Origin: Tepidiformaceae bacterium
Lineage (GTDB): Bacteria; Chloroflexota; Dehalococcoidia; Tepidiformales; Tepidiformaceae
Reading direction: 5' to 3'
DNA: 64,000 nucleotides
Assembly (NCBI GenBank): GCA_965262975.1
Contig: OZ253575.1
Location: forward strand, 2,530,951 to 2,594,950
In this document: positions 24,596 through 34,238 of the stretch, piece after piece
Numbering within the stretch: position 1 is the first letter of the stretch
How the letters are laid out: each line of letters begins with the position of its first letter
Notes under the pieces: model-generated
Seen by the model: only the letters and a program-made list of their open reading frames with translations
What the model was told of the DNA's origin: nothing
Databases searched by the model: none
Program-made: the position numbers and the translations under genes

Positions 24596-27047
24596 GGCGA
24601 CCGCACGCGTGGAGGTGCGCGTCTGGCAGGACGTGGGGGACGAGCTCGACATCCAGATCAGCGCGCGTCCCGCGGCGGGCTCGTGGCGGACGCTCGGGAC
24701 TATCGCGCTGCCGCTCGATGATGGGGTCAGTTCGACGGGCTACAACTACGGGGACATCGCGCTCGACGTGCCCCTGGCCAACTGGGCCTCGCCGGTGACG
24801 GTCGAGGTGCGTGTCTGGCAGAACGTAGGCAACAGTCGAGTCATCTATATCAGTGCCCGTCCGTCCGCCGGCTCGTGGCAGACGCTGGGCACGATCCGGC
24901 TGCCACTGGACGACGGCTTCAGTTCGACCGGGCGGTTCCGGTTCGGCGACATTGGCCTTGATGTCCCCTTCCCCGAGGGTGGTGTGAGGACGCTTGCGGG
25001 AACCCCGGGCCTATGGGGGTTCCGCGACGGCAGTGGGGAGCATGCGCGCTTCGGCGGGTGGCCGCGCAACGGGGCGCTCGGGTTGACGGTGGATCGCGAC
25101 GGGAGCGTCGTTGTGGCCGATCGCTGGAATCATGCCATCCGGCGCATCATGCCCGACGGAGTGGTCACAACCGTCGCCGGGGGCAACGGGGCGGGTCTGG
25201 AGGATGGCCCCGGGGAGACGGCGCGGTTCAACTCGCCTCGAGATGTAGCGGTGGACATCGACGGCTCCATCTACGTTGCCGATGGCGAGAACCATCGCAT
25301 CCGGAAGATCACACCCGAGGGCGTGGTGTCGACGATTGCGGGCAGCGACCGCGGCGGAGCGGACTGGAGGGAGATACGGGATGGTCCCTCCGAGCAGGCA
25401 TTGTTCGCAGGGCCTACCGCGCTCGTTCTGGATCCGTACGGCGACCTGTACATCGTCGAGCGCTTTGCTCTCAGGCGACTATCGCCGTCGGGCTGGGTCT
25501 CGACCGTCGCCGGCGACAACGGCTGGGGCTGGCGCGATGGTCCGAGGGAGGTGGCGCAGTTCCAGAGCTTGTATGACATTGCCGCCGATGACGCGGGCAA
25601 CCTCTATGTGATCGACGACACCAGGGGTTCGGTTGGTTCGGGCGGCACGGTCCTGGCGATCCGCAAGATCGATACGTCCGGCATGGTCACGACCCTCTAT
25701 CGCGACGGCTACCCGTCGTTGGGTGGAACCCTGGCATACCCCTCCGGGCTGGCGGTGACGGGCGATGGCACGGTCTACCTTGCGAACACGGGGCGCCACC
25801 AGATCGTCAGGCTGACAGCCGAAGGCGAGCTGCGGGCCGTTGCGGGCACCGGCGAGAAGGGCCACCTTGATGGTCCTCACGGTGCGGCCAACTTCAGCTT
25901 GCCCCGGAGAATCGCGTTCTCTCCCGATGGCGCGCTGATTGTGGCCGACCAGGATGGGAGCGTGGTCCGCAGGGTCGTTCCGGGCGAGGGCGGGCCCGGG
26001 GCCGAAACCATCCCGCTGGCGGACTTTGAAGCACTTCCCCGCGTGCCCGGCGTGCGCGTCAGCGTCTTCGCCGGGGCGGGCGACCAGGGGTTTGTAGACG
26101 GTCCCGCCGGACAAGCGCGGTTCGTGTTGCCGCGGGGACTGGCGGTGGACGGCTCGGGGAACGTGATCGTCGCCGATGGCTTGAACGAAGCCATCCGCGC
26201 CATCGCCCCAGATGGAACGGTGACGACGATTGCGGGAGGCAGCGGGAAGGGCGCTCGCGATGGTCCATGCGAAGAGGCCCAGTTTGGATGGCCCACGGGC
26301 GTGGCCGTCGACGCGGACGGCTCCATTTATGTTGCTGACTCGAGTGGAAACAGCATCCGCAGGATAGATACCGGTGCCGATTGCTCCGTCACGACCGTCG
26401 CGGGCCAAGGGCCGGTCTCATCCCAGGAGGAGGGTTGGGGCGGCTTCCGCGATGGGCCTGCCGCCGCGGCGGAGTTCCGCTCGCCCGGTGCGCTTGCCTT
26501 CGACTCCGAGGGCAACCTCTTCATCGCCGATACCGAGAACAACCTCATCCGGCGGCTCTCCCCTGGCGGCCAAGTCTCGACTATCGCCGGTCCTGCCGGT
26601 GGGTTCAGGGGCAATCTGGGGACTCAAGATGGGCAGGGTGAGTACGCCCTGTTCTCATCTCCCCGGGGGATCGCCGTCGACTCCGAGGGCAATGTCTTCT
26701 TTACCGAGGCCAACAATGCAATCCGCCGGATCGATCGCAGCGGCTTCGTCTCGACGGTGATCAGCACACCTGACTACGGGGAGGGGGGAGCGCTTTCGCC
26801 CTTCCTGATCGGAATTGCGGTTGGCCCGGATGGCGAGCTTTACATTGCCGACGGCGGCTTCGGCCGCGTTCTCAGGCTTACACGCGATGGGATTCTCTCC
26901 ATTGTCGCTGATGCCCAGCACAGTGTCGGGTCTCGGCGCCTGGACCCAAACGGGATTGTCGTGACGCCAGCCGGCGACCTCTTCATATCAGACAGCAGCA
27001 CGAGTTCGATCCTGAAGATCACCTTCGAGGATGAGGGGGACGAGTGA
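24498..27047 (+). CDS. Secreted 2x 'VRVWQ' + NHL-repeat protein (paralogue 3)
   Basis: 849 aa: MPPAGSVARGLVILAVAAVLGLEVVAGVGAQG, VEVRVWQDVGDELDIQISARPAAGSWRTLGTIALPLDDGVSSTGYNYGDIALDVPL, VEVRVWQNVGNSRVIYISARPSAGSWQTLGTIRLPLDDGFSSTGRFRFGDIGLDVPFP, then NHL repeats. Here the leaderless start is fused in frame to the signal peptide. Confidence 0.85.
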   Translation: MPPAGSVARGLVILAVAAVLGLEVVAGVGAQGEATARVEVRVWQDVGDELDIQISARPAAGSWRTLGTIALPLDDGVSSTGYNYGDIALDVPLANWASPVTVEVRVWQNVGNSRVIYISARPSAGSWQTLGTIRLPLDDGFSSTGRFRFGDIGLDVPFPEGGVRTLAGTPGLWGFRDGSGEHARFGGWPRNGALGLTVDRDGSVVVADRWNHAIRRIMPDGVVTTVAGGNGAGLEDGPGETARFNSPRDVAVDIDGSIYVADGENHRIRKITPEGVVSTIAGSDRGGADWREIRDGPSEQALFAGPTALVLDPYGDLYIVERFALRRLSPSGWVSTVAGDNGWGWRDGPREVAQFQSLYDIAADDAGNLYVIDDTRGSVGSGGTVLAIRKIDTSGMVTTLYRDGYPSLGGTLAYPSGLAVTGDGTVYLANTGRHQIVRLTAEGELRAVAGTGEKGHLDGPHGAANFSLPRRIAFSPDGALIVADQDGSVVRRVVPGEGGPGAETIPLADFEALPRVPGVRVSVFAGAGDQGFVDGPAGQARFVLPRGLAVDGSGNVIVADGLNEAIRAIAPDGTVTTIAGGSGKGARDGPCEEAQFGWPTGVAVDADGSIYVADSSGNSIRRIDTGADCSVTTVAGQGPVSSQEEGWGGFRDGPAAAAEFRSPGALAFDSEGNLFIADTENNLIRRLSPGGQVSTIAGPAGGFRGNLGTQDGQGEYALFSSPRGIAVDSEGNVFFTEANNAIRRIDRSGFVSTVISTPDYGEGGALSPFLIGIAVGPDGELYIADGGFGRVLRLTRDGILSIVADAQHSVGSRRLDPNGIVVTPAGDLFISDSSTSSILKITFEDEGDE

Positions 27048-29524
27048 ACGTGCGCGGCAAGTGGCAGGCCCCAATGCGCAGACTGACGCTGGTGGCGGTG
27101 GCGGCGGTGCTTGGCCTGGCGGTGCTGGCGACGGGTGCGGCGCAGGGTGAGGCGACGGCGCGTATCGAAGTGCGTGTCTGGCAGGACGTGGGGGATGAGC
27201 GCGAGATACACGTCAGCGCCCGCCCGGCGGATGGTTCGTGGCGGACGCTGGGCACGATTCCCCTGCCGCTGGAGGATGGCGTTAGTTCTGCGGGAGACCG
27301 CTACGGGGAGTTCGTTGTCGACGTTCCGTTGGTCGATTGGGCGGAGCCACGAGTCGTGCACGTCCGGGTCTGGCAGAACGTGCATCTCGGGAGCGAAATC
27401 TCCATCGGGGCGCGTCCAGCGAGCGGCCTGTGGAGCACGCTGGGAAGGCTCTCGCTGCCCCTGGACGACGGGTTCAGCTCCAGTGGCCGGTATCGCTACG
27501 GCGACGTTGCGTTCACGGTGTCGCTCCCCGAGGAGCAGGTCAGGACGCTGGCTGGCGCGCCCCGCATCCATGGATACGTCGACGGTCCCAGCGAGACGGC
27601 GCGATTCGGGAGGTTCGGGGAGAGCTCCATGGGTCTGGAGGTTGATCGCGACGGAAGCGTGGTCGTGGCTGACTTCCGCAATCGCGCGATTCGCCGCGTC
27701 CTGCCCGATGGGACGGTTACGACCATCGCGGGGGGGAACGGTTCTGGAACGCTAGACGGGCCCGCGGAGATCGCGCAGTTCGAGGGTCCTACGGATGTGG
27801 CTATCGACCCGCAGGGCAACATCTACGTCGCCGACTGCCGGGGCCACCGCATCCGCAGGGTCACACCCGAGGGGATGGTGACGACCGTCGCCGGCGGAGA
27901 GCGGGCCGAGGACGGGATGTGGCGCCGTGTCGATGGCCCTGCCGAAGAGGCCCGCTTTGTCGCACCCTGCCACATTGCGCTCGATCGCAACGGCGACATC
28001 TACATCACCGAGCAGTACACCATCAGGCGAGTCTCCCCTTCGGGCTGGGTCTCCACGTTCGCAGGGGGGAGTGGACTGGGCTACGTAGACGGACCGAGAA
28101 GGGACGCCGAGTTCGCCTACCTGGAGGACATCGGCATTGATGCCGGGGGCACTCTCTACGTGCTCGACACCAACCCGTTTGTACGTGAGGGGCATGGCCC
28201 CCGCTACGCCGTTCGCAAGATCGACGCCACGGGTTCGGTGTCGCCGGTCTTCCGGAGCGACATTCCAACGGTTGGGGGGACGCTCGTCTCACCTTCCGGC
28301 ATGGCAGTGAGTCCAGGGGGCGAGATCTATCTGACGAACACCGGGCGCCACCAGATTGTGAAGGTCCTGGGACTCAACGGACTGCAGGCGCTGGCCGGTA
28401 GCGGCGAGGACGGCCACATGGACGGCCTTCCCGTCGACGCCGCCCTCAGCGAGCCCGGGGCGCTTGCCCTCTCTCCGGGAGGGGCGCTCGTCGTGGTGGA
28501 CCAGGCCGACAGCGTCGTACGCGTCGTCCTGCCGCAGTCTGACGGGAGCTTCGCTTCGGTGGAGCCTGCCGAGGCTCCCAAGTTCCCGCGGCTGGAGGGG
28601 GTTCAGGTGGACCTATTCACCGGCCAGGGAGGGCCTGGGGTCGCTTCTATCGACGGGTATCTCGATGGTCCGGCGCGACAGGCCCTCTTCGACGGTCCCC
28701 GGGGAATGGCGCTTGCACCCGACGGAAGTGTCATCGTCGCAGACACGGACAACAAAGCGATTCGCCGTATTTCTCCTGAAGGGATCGTGTCCACGGTAGC
28801 CGGTGCCAACGGAGCCGGGCTGCGAGACGGCCCGCCCGGTGAGGCTCAGTTCCGCCGGCCATTCGCCGTGGCTGTGGACAGCGACGGGGCCATCTACGTT
28901 GCCGATGACGTCAGGTTCGTTGCCGAAACCGGCGACTACCTCATCCGCAAGATCGCGCCCAATGGTGAAGTGAGCACGGTCGACATGAAGGGGGGGCCGT
29001 TCTACAACCTCGGGGCGTTGGCCCTTGATGCCGTAGGCAACGTTCTGTTCACCGAAAGCGGCCATGGTCGCATCCGGCGCCTCTTGCCGGATGGCGAAGT
29101 GTCGACTGTGGTGGACTTAGGCAACGCCTACATTTCGGGGCTTCTGCTGGACGATGAGGGCACACTCTTCTTTGCGGCCCGTCTCCATGAGGAGGAGAGA
29201 ACCACCATCCAGAAGGTTGGCGACGATGGGGCTGTTTCAAGGGTGTTCCAGGGCACTCCCCGTCGCTTTGGCCGAATTCTCTCGACCTTCCTCCCGGGTC
29301 TGGCTCTTGCCCCTGATGGAATGCTGTATGTCGCGGACTGGAGCTACGGCCGAGTGGTCCAGGTCTCGCCCGATGGGGAGGCCGTGATCGTTATTGGGCG
29401 TGATTCGTCCAACAACCTCAAGCACTTTAACCCCTCCGCGATTCTCGTGACGCCGGAGGGTGATCTGCTCGTGGCTGACTCGAGCGGGAGCGTCATCTGG
29501 AAGATCACGCTCCCCGAGGAGTAG
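27044..29524 (+). CDS. Secreted 2x 'VRVWQ' + NHL-repeat protein (paralogue 4)
   Basis: 826 aa. GTG 27044 overlaps the stop of paralogue 3 (GTGA); the alternative ATG 27074 gives MRRLTLVAVAAVLGLAVLATGAAQG. No promoter box of its own. Modules: IEVRVWQDVGDEREIHVSARPADGSWRTLGTIPLPLEDG... and VHVRVWQNVHLGSEISIGARPASGLWSTLGRLSLPLDDG..., then NHL repeats. Confidence 0.85.
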   Translation: MNVRGKWQAPMRRLTLVAVAAVLGLAVLATGAAQGEATARIEVRVWQDVGDEREIHVSARPADGSWRTLGTIPLPLEDGVSSAGDRYGEFVVDVPLVDWAEPRVVHVRVWQNVHLGSEISIGARPASGLWSTLGRLSLPLDDGFSSSGRYRYGDVAFTVSLPEEQVRTLAGAPRIHGYVDGPSETARFGRFGESSMGLEVDRDGSVVVADFRNRAIRRVLPDGTVTTIAGGNGSGTLDGPAEIAQFEGPTDVAIDPQGNIYVADCRGHRIRRVTPEGMVTTVAGGERAEDGMWRRVDGPAEEARFVAPCHIALDRNGDIYITEQYTIRRVSPSGWVSTFAGGSGLGYVDGPRRDAEFAYLEDIGIDAGGTLYVLDTNPFVREGHGPRYAVRKIDATGSVSPVFRSDIPTVGGTLVSPSGMAVSPGGEIYLTNTGRHQIVKVLGLNGLQALAGSGEDGHMDGLPVDAALSEPGALALSPGGALVVVDQADSVVRVVLPQSDGSFASVEPAEAPKFPRLEGVQVDLFTGQGGPGVASIDGYLDGPARQALFDGPRGMALAPDGSVIVADTDNKAIRRISPEGIVSTVAGANGAGLRDGPPGEAQFRRPFAVAVDSDGAIYVADDVRFVAETGDYLIRKIAPNGEVSTVDMKGGPFYNLGALALDAVGNVLFTESGHGRIRRLLPDGEVSTVVDLGNAYISGLLLDDEGTLFFAARLHEEERTTIQKVGDDGAVSRVFQGTPRRFGRILSTFLPGLALAPDGMLYVADWSYGRVVQVSPDGEAVIVIGRDSSNNLKHFNPSAILVTPEGDLLVADSSGSVIWKITLPEE

Positions 29525-29535
29525 CGGCCCCCGGA

Positions 29536-30348
29536 CTACCTCGCCTTGGAGCCGCCGTCGACCTGGTAGTAGGCGCCGGTCATGAAGGATGACTCGTCGC
29601 TCAGGAGGAAGGCGGCGAGGGCGGCGACCTCGTAGGGCTCGCCGTAGCGGCGCAGGGGCAGGCCCGCGGCGATCTCCCGGTAGCGTCCCTCGGGGTCGTC
29701 GGGATCGCCGCCGCGCTCAATGGAACGCATCATGCGCGTCTCGATGGGGGCCGGGCAGATGGCGTTCACGCGGATGTTGTCGCGGGCGAACTCGAGCGCG
29801 GCCGTGCGCGTGATGCCGATCACGGCGTGCTTGCTCGCCCCGTAGGCGACCAGGTGGGGCGTGCCCCCCAGACCCGCCGTCGAGGCGGTGTTGACGATGG
29901 CGCCGCCGCCGCGCGCCCGCATCGCGGGAGCGACCGCCTTCAGCCCCAGCCAGACGCCCTTCACGTTGACGGCGATAACCTTGTCGAACATCTCTTCGGG
30001 GTAGTCGGTCAGGGGCGTGACCACACCCTCAATGCCGGCGTTGTTGAAGAAGCCGTCGATGCCGCCGAAGCGGTCCACCGCTTCGTTCACGTAGCGCTCG
30101 TGGTCGGCCCAGACAGTCACGTCGGCGGGGACGGCGAGGGCCTCGCTGCCGGCTGCCTCGACGGCCTCGACGGCGCCGTCGAGATCGCTGCCTGGCAGGT
30201 CGACGGCAACAATGCGCGCCCCTTCCTGCGCGAGCCGGACGGCGGTCGCGCGGCCGATGCCGCCCGCCCCGCCGGTTATGACCACGACCTTGCCTTCGAA
30301 GCGCCTGCCAATGTTCTCTACGCCCTCGGCTGCTGCGCGCTCGCTCAT
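29536..30348 (-). CDS. SDR-family oxidoreductase (short-chain dehydrogenase)
   Basis: TGGAGGIG cofactor motif, NNAG, catalytic S...YGASKHAV. ATG 30348 is preferred (GGGAGGA SD 5 nt upstream) over the track start at 30369. Confidence 0.9.
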   Translation of the reverse strand: MSERAAAEGVENIGRRFEGKVVVITGGAGGIGRATAVRLAQEGARIVAVDLPGSDLDGAVEAVEAAGSEALAVPADVTVWADHERYVNEAVDRFGGIDGFFNNAGIEGVVTPLTDYPEEMFDKVIAVNVKGVWLGLKAVAPAMRARGGGAIVNTASTAGLGGTPHLVAYGASKHAVIGITRTAALEFARDNIRVNAICPAPIETRMMRSIERGGDPDDPEGRYREIAAGLPLRRYGEPYEVAALAAFLLSDESSFMTGAYYQVDGGSKAR

Positions 30349-30450
30349 GACATCCTCCCGGGGCTGCACGCCCGCGGCGTAGTCTAGGAGAGCGGGGAAC
30401 GAAGGGGGCGCTGACGGATAGGGGCGGCGGCGCTATTCTGTGAGTTCTGT

Positions 30451-30527
30451 CGGGGTGTAGCTCAGCCAGGTAGAGTGCTTCGTTCGGGACGAAGAGGTCC
30501 CCGGTTCAAATCCGGGCACCCCGACCA
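30451..30527 (+). tRNA. tRNA-Pro (anticodon CGG), CCA encoded
   Basis: Hand-folded cloverleaf. Acceptor CGGGGTG/CACCCCG. D arm GCTC-AGCCAGGTA-GAGT. Anticodon arm CTTCG-TTCGGGA-CGAAG (34-36 = CGG). Variable AGGTC. T arm CCCGG-TTCAAAT-CCGGG. Discriminator A, then CCA. Confidence 0.92.
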
Positions 30528-30600
30528 TCTCTCCCAGGGTCCGGCACGGAACACGGCTCGCGTTCTCGGTGAACGCCGCCGGCTACCGCCATGCGACTTC

Positions 30601-31002
30601 CTAGCGGCGGCCGGGCGGCAGCCGGTCGAGGGCCTTCGCGAGACGCTCGCGGACCTCGGCGGCGATGGCGGCAAGCGCCTCGTTGCCCACCCCGCCAAGT
30701 GTGGCCGTCGGGTCGACCGCCTCGACGACGATCCCCTCCTCGCTCGCGTGGACGGCGACGCTGCAGGGGAGAAACACACCAGCGTCGGGGTCGGCTTCGA
30801 GGGCGCGGCGCAGCAGGTCTGCGTCGCAGACGCCGAGGATGGTGCAGGCGCTGCCGAGGGCGGCGCTCCCGTCGTAGGTGGTGACGATGTCGAAGGCCTG
30901 CTCGCGCAGGGCCTCCTTGGTGCGGTTGAGCCCTTCGATGAAGTCGAAGGCGGCGGTGCGGCGCAGGGCGAAGGGGCGTTCCTCGACGTGTGACGCTGAC
31001 AT
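30601..31002 (-). CDS. DUF302 domain protein
   Basis: Last 133 aa of ORF 30601..31089, ATG 31002 verified: MSASHVEERPFALRRTAAFDFIEGLNRTKEALREQAFDIVTTYDG...VFLPCSVAVHASEEGIVVEAVDP. Typical DUF302 pattern. Confidence 0.75.
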   Translation of the reverse strand: MSASHVEERPFALRRTAAFDFIEGLNRTKEALREQAFDIVTTYDGSAALGSACTILGVCDADLLRRALEADPDAGVFLPCSVAVHASEEGIVVEAVDPTATLGGVGNEALAAIAAEVRERLAKALDRLPPGRR

Positions 31003-31076
31003 GGGCGGGATGGTAGCAGGGCGCGGCGGATGCCGGTGCGGTCGACGGTGGGGAGCGGCTGGCGCACCCTTGGCAG

Positions 31077-32042
31077 GTGACGCCTTCACGTGCGCGGCTG
31101 GGCCTCGCGGTGGCGCTGCTGGCGCTGCTGGCGGGGGGCTGTGTGGGTGGAGCGGGAGGCTCGGGCGTGGAAGTCGAAACGGTGACGCCCGTCTCTGTGG
31201 AGTCGCCGCCGCCGCGCGTGGGCATCGCCGCGGAAGAGGCGGTCATCGAGCCCCCGGAGCTGCTCGTCTCCGTCGATCGGGTTGTGCAGGGGAGCGCCAT
31301 CCTCGTGTCGGTCACCGGAAGCGTGGCCGAGGGTGAGGTCGAATTCCTGGGGCAGCGCTTCCCCCTCACCCAGGGCGACTTCAGCAAGTACACCTACGTC
31401 GGCATCGGCGTGTTCGATGCGCCGGGGACGCACACGCTGCACGTGCGGCTGACGCTCACGAATGGCACCGCGGGGAGCTTCGGACACGAGATCACGGTGA
31501 GCGAGACGGAGTGGGACATCGCCCACCTGTACTACGTCGAGGGCGCGGGCGAGCCGGTCCTGGGCCAGGCCGAGCGCGACCGTGAGGCCATCCTGCTCGA
31601 GCAGACGTATGCCCTGGAGACGCCGGAGAAGCTGTGGCAGGGGCGCTGGCGCGTGCCTATTCAGGGAGACCTCTCGAGCCAGTTCGGCGAACGCCGCTCC
31701 TTCAACGACGGTCCCGTCGGCGGTAACCACGGCGGCGCGGACTTCGGCGCGCCCGAGGGGACGCCCGTGACGGCGGCGAACAGCGGTCGCGTCGCCCTGG
31801 CGCGGCAGCTGGCCGTGCGCGGGAACATGGTCATCATCGACCACGGCGGGGGCGTGCTCTCCGGCTACGCGCACCTGAGCGCCTTCGCCGTGGCCGAGGG
31901 GCAGCAGGTGGAGAAGGGCCAGGTCATCGCCTTCGTGGGCACCTCCGGTCTTTCGACGGCGCCCCACTTGCACTGGGAAGTGTCGGTGCACGGCGTCCTC
32001 GTCGACCCCCTGCGCTTTATCGACAATCGGAACGGGTTCTAG
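31077..32042 (+). CDS. M23-family metallopeptidase, probable lipoprotein
   Basis: Signal/lipobox MTPSRARLGLAVALLALLAGGC. The catalytic region HGGADFGAPEGTPVTAANSGRV...MVIIDHGGGVLSGYAHLS...GTSGLSTAPHLHWEV carries the HxxxD and HxH motifs. Confidence 0.9.
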   Translation: MTPSRARLGLAVALLALLAGGCVGGAGGSGVEVETVTPVSVESPPPRVGIAAEEAVIEPPELLVSVDRVVQGSAILVSVTGSVAEGEVEFLGQRFPLTQGDFSKYTYVGIGVFDAPGTHTLHVRLTLTNGTAGSFGHEITVSETEWDIAHLYYVEGAGEPVLGQAERDREAILLEQTYALETPEKLWQGRWRVPIQGDLSSQFGERRSFNDGPVGGNHGGADFGAPEGTPVTAANSGRVALARQLAVRGNMVIIDHGGGVLSGYAHLSAFAVAEGQQVEKGQVIAFVGTSGLSTAPHLHWEVSVHGVLVDPLRFIDNRNGF

Positions 32043-32044
32043 CG

Positions 32045-32470
32045 ATGCGCCTGACGGTCGAGGTCGAGGGCGAGGGCGAGGGAGGGGCGCTCCCCGGGGA
32101 GGGCGCGACGCTCGTGGCGTTCATGTCCTTTGCGGGGGTGCGGGGGTTCGGCGCGAGGCACCCGCTGATCGCGCTGTCCGAACGCGTCGCCGAGCTGGGG
32201 GTGAGGCTGGGGCCGCTCACCACCTTCTACGAGCGCCGCCCCGAGGACGCGGAGGACGAGGCCCACCTGGAGCGCGCCTGGCAGGAGGCGGTCCCGCTCG
32301 CGGCGAGCCTCGCGGCGCTCGTCGGAACCCTGGCCGAAGATGAACGCGCGGGCGTCTTCGTGCGGCGCGCGGAGGCGGAGACACTCTCCGACGAGTGCGA
32401 AGCGCTGCGGGCTGTCGCCGAGCGAGCGGGGCGCGCCAAGCAGCGCGTGCGCCTAACCTACGAGCTGTGA
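32045..32470 (+). CDS. Hypothetical protein
   Basis: 141-aa ORF immediately after the M23 gene. Acidic/helical composition, no family recognised. Its stop overlaps the next start (GTGA). Confidence 0.5.
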   Translation: MRLTVEVEGEGEGGALPGEGATLVAFMSFAGVRGFGARHPLIALSERVAELGVRLGPLTTFYERRPEDAEDEAHLERAWQEAVPLAASLAALVGTLAEDERAGVFVRRAEAETLSDECEALRAVAERAGRAKQRVRLTYEL

Positions 32471-33108
32471 TTCGACGCCGTCGGGAAGCCATCAGCGCGC
32501 GCGAGCGCTGGCTCGCGGGCCCCAGGGCCGCGCTCGCCCGAGCGCTCGACTCGCCGGAAGCGCGTGCGGCCCTCTTTCCCCGCGCGAGCAAGATGATCGA
32601 GCTGCTCCAGCTCGATACCGCCCGCACCTACCTCGATGTCGGCTACGGGGGCGGCGCCTTCGCCGAGCTGTTGGCCATGCGCGCGGGCTCGCCGGCCAGC
32701 CCGTTCGTGATGGACGTGTCGGCGGCCGGCGACCCCGTCGACCTCCTTGCCTGGCCCGAACGCCTGCCCTTCCGGGATGCGTCGTTCGACGCGATCACGG
32801 CGCTGCACGTGTTACGCGCCCTTGATGACGATGCCGTTCACGCCTTCGCCGAGGAGGTTTCGCGGGTGCTGGCCCCAGGCGGGGCCGCACTGCTGGTCGA
32901 GTTCGCGCCCGTGCGCTGGGCGCCCCTCGACCGTCTCCACCGGCTCGCCGTCTCGGGTGGCTGCGCGCAGGTCGACCTGCGCGGCTGGGGCCGCCTGGCG
33001 GCCCTCCTGACGGAGTGCGGCTTCGACGCAATCAACCTGGTCGAGCTGGGCCCCTTCGCCCTGCCCCCGATCCCGCGCGTCGCGGTCCTGGTGCGCAGGC
33101 ACCCTTAA
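32467..33108 (+). CDS. Class I SAM-dependent methyltransferase
   Basis: LDVGYGGGAFAELL (motif I) and FDAITALHVLRALDD...LAPGGAALLVEF. Start GTG 32467 is chosen because of GTGA coupling to the upstream gene. ATG 32593 (MIELLQLD...) is the alternative. Confidence 0.75.
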   Translation: MIRRRREAISARERWLAGPRAALARALDSPEARAALFPRASKMIELLQLDTARTYLDVGYGGGAFAELLAMRAGSPASPFVMDVSAAGDPVDLLAWPERLPFRDASFDAITALHVLRALDDDAVHAFAEEVSRVLAPGGAALLVEFAPVRWAPLDRLHRLAVSGGCAQVDLRGWGRLAALLTECGFDAINLVELGPFALPPIPRVAVLVRRHP

Positions 33109-33137
33109 GCGCGGGCCGGCGTGACGGCGTGACGGCG

Positions 33138-34238
33138 TCAGTCGGACCAGACCAGTCGCACCTTCAGATGGTTGAGGCTGTGATGGGGAATGAAGTGCTC
33201 GTGCTGGAGGCGGCCAACCACGATTCCCGGGTGGATGCCTGACTCCTCTGCGAACTCGCGGACGTCACGTTCCGAGAAGCACTCCTTGTAGGTGAACGCT
33301 TCCCAGGCGTCGCCGGGAATCAGCGTGTCCCGGGCGAAGGCGTCACAGATTGCCTCTTCCTCGGCGTTCTGCTCAATGCCCTTCATCCCGTCGACGCGCG
33401 CACCCTTGAAGTGTCTGCCGAGCAGGTGCTCCGCCTCGTGGTAGAAGCTGAACCAGAGCATGTCCGCGGTCTTGTGGCGCAGGCTGAGCTGGATCTGACC
33501 CTTGTCCGGCTGAAGCCAGCGCGCGGCGCCCGTCGCGTTCGCCTTTGGGTACTCCTTGACGAAGGAGACGACGACGCCCGCTTCTGCGCATCGTTCTCGC
33601 ATCTCCTCGGAGAAAATGCCCGGCCCGGCGGTGGTATACGCGCGCAGGGCAGTCAGCGCCTCTCGGAAAGTCGTCCCGCTGTAGGGCCTTGCCTCTTGTT
33701 CGTGGCCGTCGTTCTCACCTTCGCGCAGCCAGACTGCGAGGGCGCCTCTCGATGCGTGTTTCGCATCGGTTACCCGCAGCCCGGCGGCAGTTGCGGTCTG
33801 GGCTTCCCACTGCGTGAAACTGCTGTATCCAAGGAACTGGAGAAGCGCGTGGGCCTTCTCCCACGGCTTCGCGCGGGGTTGTACCGCGAGCACCTGCCTT
33901 CGGACCATCTCGGCGACGGGGAACTCGTGGAGCCACGTCTCCGCCTCGCGCTCCAGCTGCTCCCGTTCCTCGATGCGGCTCCTGGTGAGCTGGTAACTAC
34001 TCTCCGAGTTCGTCCAGAAGCTCGCGGGGATGCCCAGAACCTTCTCAAGCCCCAGGGCCGTTTCCGGGGTCAGGGCCTTCTTCCCGCGGATGAGCTCATT
34101 CACCATTTGCGGCGGGCGCCCCATGCGGCGGGCAAGCTCCTGCTGGCTCATCCCGCGTGCCTCGAGCTCCTCGCCGAGGAGTTCGCCCGGAGGTATCGCG
34201 ATGTCGGGCCAAAGCCGTTCCGTCGTGTCAGTCGTCAT
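33138..34238 (-). CDS. HigA-type XRE HTH antitoxin fused to ImmA/IrrE-family Zn-metallopeptidase
   Basis: The N-terminus IPPGELLGEELEARGMSQQELARRMGRPPQMVNELIRGKKALTPETALGLEKVLGIPASFW is the HigA/VapI HTH. The C-terminus LWFSFYHEAEHLLGRH carries HExxH in an ImmA/IrrE-like context. Its start overlaps higB by 11 nt. Confidence 0.85.
   Translation of the reverse strand: MTTDTTERLWPDIAIPPGELLGEELEARGMSQQELARRMGRPPQMVNELIRGKKALTPETALGLEKVLGIPASFWTNSESSYQLTRSRIEEREQLEREAETWLHEFPVAEMVRRQVLAVQPRAKPWEKAHALLQFLGYSSFTQWEAQTATAAGLRVTDAKHASRGALAVWLREGENDGHEQEARPYSGTTFREALTALRAYTTAGPGIFSEEMRERCAEAGVVVSFVKEYPKANATGAARWLQPDKGQIQLSLRHKTADMLWFSFYHEAEHLLGRHFKGARVDGMKGIEQNAEEEAICDAFARDTLIPGDAWEAFTYKECFSERDVREFAEESGIHPGIVVGRLQHEHFIPHHSLNHLKVRLVWSD

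Noticed and set aside
19600-29524. NHL array, or the TA loci at 33138-34527 and 61717-62725, as mobile genetic elements
   Set aside because: No integrase, transposase, terminal inverted repeats or flanking direct repeats were seen. The tRNA-Pro at 30451 has no adjacent integrase or duplicated 3' tRNA fragment that I could find.
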